Source: Felis catus (taxonomy: Eukaryota). From it: a stretch of 64,000 nt of DNA. The stretch is from assembly GCF_018350175.1 (NCBI RefSeq), contig NC_058368.1, positions 134,666,001 through 134,730,000 on the forward strand, given 5' to 3'. The notes under the pieces are model-generated. The model searched no databases, was not told the origin of the DNA, and saw nothing but the letters and a program-made list of their open reading frames with translations. The translations under genes and the position numbers were made by a program. Positions 1 through 13,412 of the stretch are shown in pieces (the first letter of the stretch is position 1; every line of letters begins with the position of its first letter).

Positions 1-190
1 TAAGGACACTCAGTAATACTGAGTGCATCCAGTGCGTGTTTAACCCATTTAACCTCATGAGATGACCTCATTTAACCTTCATTACGTCTTTGGAGACCCT
101 GTCTCCAAATAAAGTCACATTCTGAGGTACTGGAGCTTGAGATTTCAACATACACATTTTGGAAGGTAGACACAATTCAGTCCATTATTA
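1..190. mobile_element. MaLR LTR fragment (MLT1-like)
   Basis: Typical MLT1 motifs: 'gaccctgtctccaaataaagtcacattctgaggtactgg...ttcaacata...gacacaattcagtcca'. Confidence 0.75.
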
Positions 191-3177
191 ACTGGGTGTC
201 CGCTTGGTTGTGCTGGAATTTTGCTCCCCTTATCTAAATGGTTCCTGGCTAAAACTGGCCAAAAGACATACTTGTTTAGAAGAGAAGGAGTAGCCACAGC
301 TCCCTGGGGGTCACGGTGGTTGGTAGAATCGACAGACAGATACAGAGATGCCAGTGAAATCCAGCTGGTCCTGGTTCTCCTCTGCTTCCCAGCTCTCCTC
401 GACCCTACTGCCCAAAAAGGGCCCCAAGCCATCATCAGCAATGACGCTGAAGACCCACAGACATTTCCTATCCCCTTCGTGATTTCACTTCAGTGTCTGG
501 ACCTGCTTGGCTTCTAGGTGTCACTAGCTGGTGAATCCTCTGATCTTCTGTTTCCCCCGGCCTCCTGCTGTTGAGTAAAGTCTAGTAGCAAAATAAATCC
601 CTTATCCCATAACGATCAAATTGACACTGCTTGCATGATGGAACCCTGACTGAAAGAGGAGTAATCGTGACTGTTATTATTATTGACATACTATCCCTGA
701 ACTAGAAAGGAGACTATGCCTCACTCATAAGCATACATTAAAGTTCTAATTATTTCAAGCTTGAGCTCATTCACAAGTCCTCTGAACTAGCCTTACCACT
801 TCCATCTTTCCTGGCTCCAACATGCCCCGCAAAAGGCTGCCAGCTAAAATCGTATTTATGTCATCAAGTGACAGTCAAGGGAAGGCCCCAGTTGACAGCT
901 GAGTAGGAGGCCTAGGGAACAACAGGTTCAGATTAGAGCCAAGGAGGAGAGTTTCCAGAAGAAGGTCTCTAGGAAAAACAAAACAAAAAAAAGGAATAGA
1001 TGCAAAGTATGGGAAATATTAAGAGGGTCGTTTACAGTGCCACTGAGTCCCTGGGATAAAAATAGTAATGGGGCATGGAAAATTAAGTAAATGGTTTTAA
1101 AGAGTAATTTTATTAATTCTAGAGAATACAAAAACATCATACAAGAAAAAAATACTCAAATTACACTCCTATATTCCAAGGTAGAGACCATTTAGGCATA
1201 ATCATGTAATATAAGTAGATATAATGTTATGACTATTTAATATTAGGTTGTGAAGTAATAGAGAAATGAGAAAGGAAAGGATATAGCAGAGAAGAGGCCA
1301 CAGGGGACCATGTTGAAGGGTTTGCCATGACAACATATGTAGACGGCTTCTTAAAGAAGTCACAATAAATGGGGAGCTGAAAATGGAGCAGTAACCATGG
1401 GGCATGTGGGACAAGGGAAGATTTCAAGGAGACACAGGAAAATGTTTGTATACTTTGGGACTGATCCAAGAGAGAGGAGAGCTGATGGCAGAAGAGGAAG
1501 TAACAGAGAAGAATATTTGAGAGGAGAAAGGAGTCAGATTCAGAGCCCAGAAGGAGGAGCTGGGCTTTTCTAGGAGCAGGGACGTGTCCTTCATTTTATC
1601 AGGTAGGAAGAAAAAGCCAGGTCCAGATGCATGAGGGTTTATATTTCTAGGTCAAGGAGATGAGGATTTCTTCCTTTCTTTTACCTCATCTCTCTCTTCA
1701 CTTCCTTAGGTATGAAGTTCCCAAGCACTTTCCTAGAACTATCTCCTCTCCCTACATATTGGAGAAGCCAAAGAAGAGTAGAGAAAGCTGGTCTGAGAGG
1801 AGGAGATTTTAAATCAAGATAGAGATGAACGAACTTGTTGGAGTCACACAGCTAATTAGTGACAAAACTAGGACTAGAATCCAACTGGCTCCTAGCCTAG
1901 TACTCTTTCACGACCAAATTACCATGTAATATTGAACAGATGGGAGCGATTAGGGTTTAGGACCATTATAAAGACTAACATGACCTGAGTTACATGAAAT
2001 AAGGAACCAAGTAGAAATACACTGGAGAGATGTAAGCCTCCCTTAGCAGGAAGGAGTAATTTTACCCACTGTGAGCCCATGATTAGATTAGGGTGGATTG
2101 AACTGAATTGCAAACTTTTAGAAGGTCCTGCCTTCATTGTCATCTAACCCAGCTGGCCTAGGACAAGACTTGGCTGCATGAAATGGCGCTCCAGGGAGAG
2201 GACTGAGATTTATGTCAGCCAGTACTATTTATCAGCTTGAACCCAAATTAACTCTTTAAATTACACAGATCCTCTGGCAATCTTCACTCTGTTCCATTCA
2301 GAAACACGAATTAAATATGCTGAAAAGTAGAAAGTGCTTGGAAATAACAAGTTTTATTTCATCTCCATACCTGTGGGGGCCTTGGTGACTTCAATTAAAA
2401 GAGGCTCTTTGCCAAAATGTTCTTTCTTTGGACTTTTCCTTCTCGCCATTTGTGTAGCTCTTGTCCCACTTGGAACAGATGTCTTTCATTGTTCTGTATT
2501 TGAATTCTCAACCTATCTTGGACCATCATATTTATTTTGATGGACATTTGGTTATCTGTCGTGCCAGTATGATTTTCCACTTGACAGTATTTAATATGAT
2601 GGCTGTTGAATTATGAACGCCGGCATTGGTCAGGCACGTTGATCTTGCTATTACATAACTTTGGGGAGGGAGGCAATCTTATCGATTCCCACTTGACAAG
2701 TCACCATCAGGTTATGCTAACACATAGTCCCTTTGTAATTAAAATCCTTCTGATTTGATATTCAGCACTTAAAATAAATAGAGATTTCTAAATATTCAAC
2801 CAAATGTTTAATTTTTCCCCTCAGGTTGAACCCCAATATCCCCACTCCCAGTCCAGTGCCTTTCTTATTCCCCATGTTTAGGGCAGAGCTCCTGGACCAG
2901 GGAAAACATGGAAGAATCCCATGAGTTGCCAGATGGCCCCAGGCACCAGAGGGAAAATAACCCAACTGCCAATATCCATTTCTAATAGATTTATATTCTT
3001 GCTAAATTCTCCTAATCTAATCTCAGACTAGACAAATACAGTTGAATATCAGGTCTCACTCTCACCTCACAGGGAGGCTATGGAGCATCTAGGGACAAAT
3101 TACACAGTGGGCACCATGGCCCCACTCACCTCACCAGGAAGGTGGTGTTACTTTTGGTGGGGGTAGTGAAAGCGTTC

Positions 3178-3389
3178 TTTTTTTTTTTTTTATGCTTATT
3201 TATTTTTGAGAGGGTGGGGGAGAGAGAGAGAGAGAGCAAGGGAGGGCAGAGAGAGAAGGGAACAGAGGATCCAAAGTGGGCTCTGACCTAAGAGTAAAGA
3301 GCCATATGCGGGGCTCAAACTCATGAGACATGAGATCACAACCTGAGCTGAAATCAAACACTCAACCAACTGAGCCACCCAGGTGCCCC
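3178..3389 (-). mobile_element. Can-SINE (SINEC_Fc-like)
   Basis: Reverse complement of the GGGGCACCTGGGTGGCTCAG head, (GA)n tract, poly(T) tail, and TSD gtgaaagc(g/a)ttct. Confidence 0.95.
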
Positions 3390-3409
3390 AGGAGTGAAAG
3401 CATTCTAAA

Positions 3410-3792
3410 TGCAGAAGCCTTCTCTGACCACTCTATCTAAAGAAAATACCTTCCTTTCCTTTCCCTATTATTCTGTGTCATAACATCCTATACATTTTCT
3501 TCATTACACTTATCCCAGTAATTTGAATTTCCGTTTTCTTGTGTATCTTGTGTACAGAATGTGTTCCGTTTTCTTGTATATCTTGTGTATAGAATGTATA
3601 GTGGAATGTATAGTGGAATCTATACATTCCACTATAATGTAAGATCCCTAAGGGCAGGAGCCAGGTCTGTCTTGTTCCTTATTGAATCCCCAAGTGCCAG
3701 AAACAATGCCTGGCACCAAGTAGGTACTAGATAAATATTAAATTGGATGGATGGATGGATGGATGGATGGATGGATGGATGGATAGATGAAT
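3410..3792 (+). mobile_element. L2 LINE 3' end with (GGAT)n-expanded tail
   Basis: L2 3' terminus 'aatgtaagatccctaagggcaggagccaggtctgtcttgttc...tgcctggcac...taggtact..ataaatatt' followed by (GGAT)n at 3746-3785. Confidence 0.8.
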
Positions 3793-4399
3793 AGAAACTA
3801 CCAGTTCTCTTGTCCCAGAGGGAACATAAGATGAGCCTCAGTGAGCCATCTGTTTGAGAGGAATCCCAGCTCTGGTTAACTAGGTGAGTCTCTGGTGAGA
3901 CATAGCAGGGAGGATGATAAGGTATTAACTGTTCAGATCCCGCTGAGATTTAAATTTGAAAGAAGTCATAAAAGCAGGTGGGGAGTTGGAGGAGAAACCC
4001 ACACTAGCAGGAATAAAGAGAACTTTGTAACTAGAAAACTACATTTTCTCATGTATCTTGGAAAACTAAATAAGACACAAAGGGGAGTTGGACAAAGGGG
4101 GAATTAGATTGAGATTAGGAGGTATTTCACAAATACATACAGATTAACTATCTGGCTGATTTAAAACAAAACAAAACAAAAAAAAGTGGAAACAAAGTAG
4201 ACTTGACATGTTAGGGTGGATTGCATCTCACTTCTGTGTTCCTGAGGAACACCTCCCATTGGTATGAAGCAGGGAGAGGTGTCTTTAGGGTCCACTCTCC
4301 CACTCCCCACCATGCCCAATCCTGCCCGCACCAGTAGGTTTATGCTGCCAGGTTGCTAATCCAGCTACAAAGGGCTGCTTTCTCCCTCACAGCCTGCTC

Positions 4400-6090
4400 A
4401 ATTCATAGAAGATGCCAAGAATTAGACCTTTCCTCCTCCCATTGAAAATATTGCCTGGGTCGTATCTACTCCATCCTGTCTCTACTGGGTCATTCCCATC
4501 AGGGGGGAAAATGCTATACTATTCTCATCTTAAAAATAATAATTTATTGACCTCACCTTCCCCTCCAGCTACATTTCCGTCTACTCCCCATTTGTATTCT
4601 CTTTTTTTTTTTTTTATAGCAAAACCAATTAAGTGTTTTGTCTCTACTTGCGTTTTCCATTTCTCTCCTTCAGTTGTCTCTTGAATCTACTCTATCAGGC
4701 TTCTGTTTCAACCATCTCACTGAATCTGCTCTTATCAAGGTCACCAGTAACCCTTAAGTTGCTAAAACCAGTGATGATCTTCAGTCCTCAGTTTACTTAG
4801 CCCATTAGTAGCATCTGATACCCTGAGTTATTCCCTCCCCCTGGATATACTTTCTTTGCTGGACTTCCAGGACACAGCCCTGTCATGACTTCCTGTCTGT
4901 TCACCAGTCACTGCTTCTTGGACACTCTTGCCCAGTCTCCTCTGCAGCCTGTCCTTCCATTGGTAGTGCCCCAGGACTCAGTCCTTTGTCCTTTCTTCAT
5001 CTTGCTGCACTCACCCCTCTGGGGGACCTCATCCAGCCTCAGAGCTTTAATGGCCATTTCTGTGCAGAGGTATTTATGTCTCCAGATTGGATTGCTCTCC
5101 TACACTCTAGACTAATACATCCACCTGCCTAATGACACCTCAATTCAGATGTCCACAAATCCAGGTTTTCCCTCCCCTATCTGCTTGTCCCAGTCTTCCC
5201 CACATCAGTAATGGCAACTCCACTTTTCCAAATGCTCAGACTCAAAAACCTCAGGGTCATCCTTGATTGCTTTCTTTCTCTTATAACTCCATATCTAAAC
5301 ACCGCAAAATTCTTTAGACTCTTTTTCAAATACATCCAAATTCAACCATTTTCCATCACCTCCTTTGCTACCATCCTGGTCCAAGTCACCAATCTGTGTC
5401 ACCTGGATTAAACTGAGAACATTCTAATGAATTGTCTTGTTTCTGTCCTTGTTTTCTATTATCAACACAGAAGCTAGAGGAATCCTTTTCAAAAGGAAGT
5501 CAGATCATGTTGCCTGTCTGCTCAAAACCTTCCTATGGTCTCACAGCTCACCCAGAATAAAAATCGTGGCCCTTACGATAGCCTGCACAACCTAGGCAAT
5601 CTGCCACCATTATCTCTCTACTCATCTCTTACTCTTTTTTTCATCGTTCACTTCTCTAGCCACTCTGGTCTTCCCGCTGTTCCTCAGCCTTGCTCCCACA
5701 AGCATAGTCCCATAGCCTTAGCACCTGCCGTTCCACTGCCTGGATGTTTTCCCCCTGAATCTCCACATGACTTCCTCTCTCATCCCCTTCCGGGCTTGAT
5801 TCAAATATCACCTTCTAAATGAGGCCCTCTCTGAACACTTTATTTTCCATCCCAACCATCTCCTCTCCTACCATTTCCCATTCCTCTCCCTTGCTCTATT
5901 TTTTCCCCACAGCACTTATTACCATCTGTTTTTATTATTTTTTCTTGTATTGTCTGTCTTCCCACACTATTGCACAAGCTCCATTAGGACAGGAAGTTTC
6001 GTCTTTTTTACTCTTTTTGCCTTACCCACAGTGCTTAAAACAATACCTGGCACATGGCAAGCAATCAATAAGTATTCACTGAATCAATTG
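4400..6090 (+). mobile_element. Long L2 LINE fragment including 3' end
   Basis: Pyrimidine-rich L2 body ('tctgctcttatcaaggtcaccagtaacc', 'gtgccccaggactcagtcctt', 'aagtcagatcatgt') and terminus 'cctggcacatggcaagcaatcaataagtattcactgaatcaa'. Confidence 0.85.
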
Positions 6091-6339
6091 AGAAAGCCAT
6101 TGTGTGCCACTGTGCTAATGATTTCTAGTATCTTCATAGGAGCAGCCCAGACTCAACTCATTCCCGCAAGCACAGTTGTCTAACCCAAAAAAGTGACTCT
6201 ACTGGAGGGATGTCAGACATTCTCTGTCACATAGATTGAGCCTACAGCATCAGACAGTCTAGTGGGAAGATACTGGTTGGAGTATCTGGGGTGGTTGGAG
6301 CCTTGTGGTACCCCTCAAATTATACTGCATTGTTGATCG

Positions 6340-6605
6340 CTGTATGAAAATGACCTAGAGGTGGTAGTAGGCCACATGCTCTCTATGAGTCACACGAAAG
6401 ATGCAATTGTGCATGACCCTGATGAATATGGTTTAATGGATACCATAGTCCCATTGTTTTCTGATCTAGTCAGACCACACTAGGACTACTGTGTTCACCT
6501 TTGAGAGTTGTTTTTCAAGAGGAATACTGTTCAGAGAAAATCAGCCCAGATAATGAAGTATCTAATCGTGGTGTATGAAGAACAGTTGAAGGGACCATGG
6601 TGCTA
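6340..6605 (+). mobile_element. CR1/L3 LINE ORF2 C-terminal fossil
   Basis: Translates to DLEVVVGHMLSMS...IVPLFSDLVRPH*DYCVHL, resembling the CR1 motifs DLGV..D.KL.MS and IPLYSALVRPHLEYCVQF. Confidence 0.75.
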
Positions 6606-8723
6606 AGTGATTATATCACATTTAAGGACAAAATCTAAAAACATGGACCCCCTGCGACACCACTCACTCTCTCTCCCCCTTTGTCCATGACAGATATTAT
6701 GAATCAATCATGATTCTGTTTCCCACAGCATTTGCCTAGCTCAGAGCCCTCCAGACAGCCATGATCAAATCCACTGGAATTGGCAACCGAGACAAAACTT
6801 ACCGGTTATTCTGGCTATAAGGATGGTACGATTTCCCCTATGAAGTAGTTGAAAGCCTGTGATATGAAATAACTGACTGAACAAGTCCCATCCACTTGCA
6901 GAGGGTAAAACCAGAACGAGCGAGTGATAAATATCCAGGATGGAGAAGGGCAATCTAAGGGTGACAACTGTCCAAAAGTGAGGTCCTAGAAGGTAGGGAG
7001 TTTGGAGGACCACCTGCCAAGGGCTAATGGAGGAAATCTGCTTGTTCGGTGGGAGATAGGAATGGATCATCTCTCAACTTCATCCATCCCTAACATCCAG
7101 TAGGTCTCTTCTACTTGGCTCTGCTAGGCAGACCCAGGGAGGGGGGCTGGGAGAGCAAGTCTGCAAAGCAAAATCATTCACCTTTAAGTTGCAGCTGTTG
7201 TACTGAGAAGGATAACAGAAAATCAGGACAGAGACGACAATGGGTTAAGCACAAAGAGATAAAGCGATTATTTCTAAGCTTAATAACAATAGCAACAAAA
7301 ACCTTTTGCAAACACTTTTGGACACTCTTTGACCTCCATTTATCTTTCCTCTTCCCACATACTTTAACCCCCTTTTGGTCAGCAGCCAATTAACTTCGTT
7401 AAAAACAGTCGCTGCCAGAAGCTTTGCTTGCTGTGTTCCAAGGCTTGGAAATTCCTTCCCTAATGACATAGTAGAAACTCTGTCGCCACAGTTAAGAGCA
7501 GGCTAGAGACAATTACTATATTTAAGTCATGCTTTGCAGGTTATCATAGCCACATCTGCAAGCTATTCCCTGTGTAAAGCATTTGGGGTTATTTGCCACA
7601 GAAAACTCATTGGAAAGTGCCAACAACTGCATGAGGACCTGTGACGGAGACTATTCGACGTGGCTCCAGAAGACAGGCACATAACTTTCTTTTCAACAAC
7701 TCCACACCCACCCCCTTCTTGGAGCCAGGCTCCTCTTATCGAGACAGGAAATCTGTACAAGGGGTGGAATGAAGGGGCGGTGAGGAACAAATCCTCCAGG
7801 AGCCACCCACCCACTGGCCTGTGAAAGGAGAGAGGCCAGTCCAGAGAGTTGGTCAGCTTGAGTACTACCCTCTGAAAAATCTCCCCAGCATTTATGAAAG
7901 GAAGAAAAGGAAAGAATGAGACTTCCGTGCACGATGGCGTTTTGTAACAGAAATCGGAGAATGTGTTGGGTCCCCCTGAACACTGAACTGCTGACATCTA
8001 TGGCCTAGAGCAGGTGACAAACTGCTCTGAGCCTCAGCTCCTTCATCCATAAAATGGGATAACAGTGCCTAAACTTAATGCCCAGAGGGTACTGGAAAGA
8101 CTGATGTCAATAACAAGTGAAAAAGCACTTTGAAAAAAGTTCTAAGCATTATCCAGCGTCAGAATTATTATCACGAGCATTCTTCTGAGCCTGCGATGTT
8201 AGTTCCCTGTAAGATTTCATACAGGGATGATGATCCTAAAACCAGGATGAAATAAAGGCCAGTGTCACCGTAACTCTGTCTTACATGGGACCTTTGATTG
8301 AGTCCACCCTTTCTGAGTTTATCCAGAATGTACAGCCCTTGAGTGGAGCCCCTGAGCTCTTCAACTGTCCCCTGAAAATTGAAGGTCAGTTATTGTTTGA
8401 AGGAATGTCTAGTCATATGAGATACATGCTCATCACAGACCTCTTAGGAAAGAAATCACACTCTGTTTGCTGACCAGTGAGACACCACTTTTTGATCTGT
8501 ACATCACTCTGCCCCTTTCTCTCATCCTACCCACCCTCTTCTCCCTCCCCAGTGAGTTAGACTTGGTGGAACCAACCCATGTTCTGTCACGGCTATTAAA
8601 CACATGTGTTCACAAGATACACGGACACCTCTATTGTTTTATGGACTGATTATTCTGGTAGGTTTTTTTCCCTTTTATTTTAAGTCCTTTACATCTCTAT
8701 TTACTCCCATCTGCCTGAATTTT

Positions 8724-8766
8724 ATTTTTTTTATTATTTTATTTTATTTGATGAACTTTACTTATT

Positions 8767-8820
<54 letters not shown>

Positions 8821-8990
8821 AACACAAGCAGGGGAGGGGCAAAGTGAGTGGGAGAGAGAGGATCCCAAGCAGGCTCTGCACTTGTCAGAACAGAGCTTGA
8901 TGCCTGTGCTCGATCTCACAACGGTGAGATCATGACTGGAGCTGAAATCAAGAGTCAGACGCTGAACCAACTGAGCCATCCAGGTGCCCC
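8724..8990 (-). mobile_element. Can-SINE
   Basis: SINE head on the minus strand, long (GA)n tract, flanked by atctgcctgaatttt. Confidence 0.95.
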
Positions 8991-9009
8991 CACCCCCAAA
9001 TCTGCCTGA

Positions 9010-9233
9010 ATTTTTTTTAATGTTTTTTTTCAATGTTTATTTATTTTTGAGAGAGAGAAAGAGAGCATGAGCGGGGGAGGGGAGAGACAGAGGGGGAGAC
9101 ACAGAATCGGAAGCAGGATCCAGGCTCTGAGCTGTCAGCACAGAGCCCGACACGGGTCTTAAACCCATGAACTGTGATATCATGACCTGAGCCAAAATCA
9201 GATGTTTAACTGACTGAGCCACCCAGGTGCCCC
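9010..9233 (-). mobile_element. Can-SINE (SINEC_Fc)
   Basis: SINE consensus on the minus strand, flanked by atctgcctgaatttt. Confidence 0.95.
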
Positions 9234-9590
9234 ATCTGCCTGAATTTTAATTTTACTCCGGAGACAGAACAAAAACAAGAAGAAATTAGACTTCTTAATA
9301 ATGTAATAATTATTTAGAAAAAATGAAATTAGGGACTGGCATACCCTGAAAGGAAAGGGAGCAAGAAGATAGGATTGCAGTAAAGGTTAAGGTGCGGTTC
9401 ATAGATGCTGCTTAACGTGCTGTTGGTGTCGCCCCTTACCACTATCACCTGCTTAACTCTGGGGCCTGGCAAGTGTTCTTAGACATTTTCTAAGACTTCC
9501 CAATCAGATTAATGAACTGTTCTAGAGCATGATTTGTATCATGCCCACAAGATAGAGACCTGCAATATTTGTTAATCATCAGGCTCTTTT

Positions 9591-9803
9591 GGGGCTCCTG
9601 GGTGGCTCAGTTGGTTGAGTGTCCGACTTCGGCTCAGGTCATGATCTCACAGCTTGTGGGTTCGAGCCCCGCATTGGGCTCTGTGCTGACCGCTCAGAGC
9701 CTGGAGCTTGCTTCCGATTCTGTGTCTCCCTCTCTCTCTGCCCCTAGCCCACTCACATCCTGTCTCTGTCTCTCTCAAAAATAAATAAACATTAAAAAAA
9801 AAA
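9591..9803 (+). mobile_element. Can-SINE (SINEC_Fc)
   Basis: GGGGCTCCTGGGTGGCTCAG head, CT-rich tract, poly(A), TSD aatc(a/t)tcagg(c/t)tcttt. Confidence 0.95.
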
Positions 9804-12499
9804 TCTTCAGGTTCTTTAAATGTTATGGTCACTACAGTCATGGAATTCAAAGAAATACTACATAAAATTAAACACCAACACACCTCCTAAACCAGTTTAA
9901 CAACTAACGAATGAGAGAACGCAGCGCTATTTTCCGTCGCTTAAGCTAACTCTATCTCCGTTCCACAGAACCAGACATAATATTTAATTCTAATCTGTGT
10001 TGTACGGAATATATCATAAGAACAGATATATGCTAATATATTTTATTACAATAAATAGGAAGAGAAAAAGATGAGTCAGACCCAGCCAGTAGACAAGTAA
10101 ATTCACCACATCTAAGTGTCACTTTAAACCTACGTATTTTATTTCCTGTTGTAAATATGGTTGGCGTGTAATTTGATATGACAATGTAAGGTTGTGACAA
10201 ATGTAGCTCTGTGTGCTTACACTGATTATTTAAGTGCAAATCGATCACACAACATCAATCCAGAAAGGACAAAGCCTTAGCAGGTTTAAAATGGGATGCA
10301 TATATATTAGAGGACTGTGACTCCAGCCATCACTCAATAGATATTCCTAGTTCCTTTTCCATGTTCTTTGCCTAACCCTTCCAGTTCCTCATTCAGGATC
10401 TTCAAATTTATGGGAATCCTATAAATAGCTAGTCCCCAGCTCCACAGAAGTCCATAAAGATAGTCATAGAGGCACATAAACTTTTTTCAGTATTTCAAAA
10501 ATCCTAATAGGCGTCATCCATTTGATGTGATAACTAAAATGTCAGTTTCTTTTCTTTTGGTTATGATTGGCTTAATTTAGTTAGCCCATGCTGAGTAGAT
10601 CTGAGTTGTGACAGTATATGTGAAACTAGCAATGCTCAGTAAATGCAGTTAGATAAATATGTGAAAAGATAAGAGTCCACATCCATGAAAATGCAATAAC
10701 ACAGGAAAATAGTCCTAAAGCAGTCCTGGGTTGGTGGTGGAAATTACAGACACCTCTCAAGTAGCCACTTTTTGGGAATAAGTTGTGGAACAGTTAAGAG
10801 ATAAGAATGATTTCCGGCTAATATGACCTCTTGGTAGAAGGAATTCCCACTTTCCTGATAAGGTTATGAATGTGCTTTCTGAATTCTTTCTTATTCTCCC
10901 CCAGGAGCAAACTCATTGGTACAAACTATATAAATAAAATGATAATTTGCACACACTCACACACAAGCTGCACATTTCAGAGAATATCTAAAGAATGTGG
11001 AAGTGAAAATGATCATGGCTGATATGAAACATGAGCCTTTTGTATGGTATGTATAGAACAGACTGGAAATCTTAGAAATGAACCATGACTGAAGTGATGG
11101 TTCCTTAAGAGCAGGTCCTTAAAGAGCATCTGTTAAAAGGTACGCATATTTGAAGGACCAGGATTTTCTTTACAAAGGAAAAGATAGCAGGTCAAGGTAG
11201 CTAAGGAAAAAGTAAGAGCAAATCAAATAATAAAGAGCAAATCAAGACAGATTTACTCTCCGGACTTCTAATTGAGACCCAAACAAGTTCACTTGATCAG
11301 CAGTGGTATCCTTTTCTGGTGTAGGTAACCTATCCTTGTTTTATTCATTCATTTACTTACTCCCTTATCTACTCACTCCTTTTTCTTTTCTTACACAATA
11401 GCAATCTTGAGCACCAAGTATATTCTCATACCAGTTGTAGGACTGTACAGATGAATACTGACAAAGAGCTTACGTTATACTGTGAGTAGACAGAGAATTC
11501 GGTGAAATCAACATGGTTGAACAACAAATACCTATTCATTGCCTACCATGCAGCGGACGCTCTCCTAAGTGCTAAGACACAGCAGATCAAAGTAGATGCA
11601 GATTTTTGCCCTGTTGCAGCTTATCTTGTGGTGGGAAGATTGCTATGGTAAAGATATGCCCAGGGTACTACAGTAATAAGAGGATGAGCAGACCAATCCA
11701 GGTCTGGAATCCGGTGATGAAGTAGACTGGATTTTGTGACGTCTGTTGTTCCTCGGGCACGACAGCCACCCCAGCATAAAGCCTGTCAAGAGACTTAGAA
11801 AAGTGAGAGGCTTTTATAAAACTGAGTTTTGGTGAATACCAAGTATATGTCGTGAATCTCACAACCTGCTTTGAAGTAATTGATAATGATAGGTCCAGGA
11901 ATCACTGTTTACCATTGTTATCTCAACAGGTATTATTTAATCCACCCAATCAAATGTGATCTTTTCACAAGTCTTTAGAAAATTAAGATGTGAAAAGTCA
12001 TTAATTCCCCCCAATCTCATCTTTCTCGAACATAGAACAGACTTCCATATCAGCTTCATTTCCTATAAAACAAGGGATTTTGAGAAGATCAGTGCTGTGA
12101 TTAGTTCAAGACCAGACACTTTGAGCTTTCCAAGGATGGCACATAATCTGTTTATGTGTCAAATATATATATATAAATTTTCATAAACATATGCATGTAA
12201 CTTAATTAAACATGGCGTAGGAGATACACATACCATATCATTAGCAGTGGGTGACTCTGGAGTGTGGAAATAAGATTGGGAGTTGGAGAAGAGAGACATT
12301 CTATAGTGTGTAATTCTTTAATGATTACCTAGTTATATATTACTTGTATTGTTTTTAAAACATATAACATGCTTATGAAGGCATATTTTGACCCTGGAAA
12401 AACAGAAGATAATTAGTATCTTCTAACTAGCTAGAAGATAATTTATTTACCCAAACCACTACATTTTGTTGTAATTATCTATTGGCCTTTTTTATTTTC

Positions 12500-12727
12500 T
12501 TTTTTTTTTTTTTAATTTTTTTTTCAACGTTTATTTATTTTTGGGACAGAGAGAGACAGAGCATGAACTGGGGAGGGGCAGAGAGAGAGGGAGACACAGA
12601 ATCGGAAACAGGCTCCAGGCTCTGAGCCATCAGCCCAGAGCCCGACGCGGGGCTCGAACTCACGGACCGCGAGATCGTGACCTGGCTGAAGTCGGACGCT
12701 TAACCGACTGCGCCACCCAGGCGCCCC
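12500..12727 (-). mobile_element. Young Can-SINE (SINEC_Fc), CpGs intact
   Basis: Near-identical to the copies at 41497 and 58071; TSD ggccttttttatttt. Confidence 0.97.
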
Positions 12728-13211
12728 AGGCCTTTTTTATTTTCAGGTGAATAACACATGCCTATTTGTTTATCATTTACCTGGAGATTTCCCTGATGAG
12801 AAAATACAGAAGCCTTAGCAGGCGCTTCGGAAACTGGGGGTTTTATTAGGGGAAGCAAGGTTGGAGGGAGTAGGGGTAATGACAAGATCTCTTTCTCACC
12901 CACTCTAATTCAGTCTCATTTCTTTTCTCATTTGAATACTAATGTGCAAAGGAAGTCAGGAAAATATTTTGAAAAACTGAAATTGTAAACTTAGGGGTGA
13001 CTTCACAGGCAATTTTTTTTTATCTCTAAAGAAAACGAGGCCTAAAAATGTTGAGTGACTTACCCAACATCAGACGTTCACTAAAGCGACAGGGTGACAT
13101 TGGAAGCCAGGTGTTTTTGTGTCATGCTATTTCTACTGAACCTCCCTGTCTTTTAATCTCCAAAAGACCCCTAAAGTCTAATTTGAGCAGCTTTAAAATG
13201 CAAGGTTTACT

Positions 13212-13412
13212 GGGGTGTGTGGGTGGCTCAGTTGGTTGAGCATCCAACTCTTGATTTAGGATCAGGTCATGATCTTATGGTTCGTGAGTTCAAGCCCCAC
13301 ATCAGGCTCTGCACTGACAGAGTGGAACCTGCTTGGGATTCTCTCTCTCCCTTTCCCTCTGCCCCTCCCCAGCTCACATGCATACCCCCCTCAAAATAAA
13401 TAAACTTTAAAA
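13212..13412 (+). mobile_element. Can-SINE
   Basis: SINE head and tail; TSD aaa(a/c)tgcaaggtttac. Confidence 0.93.

Noticed and set aside
9591..9680. tRNA-like A-box/B-box sequences in SINE heads
   Set aside because: These are tRNA-derived Can-SINE heads, not tRNA genes.
10981..11046. AG..GT-bounded segment reading EYLKNVEVKMIMADMKHEPFV
   Set aside because: Isolated, with no phase-compatible neighbours or recognisable homology.
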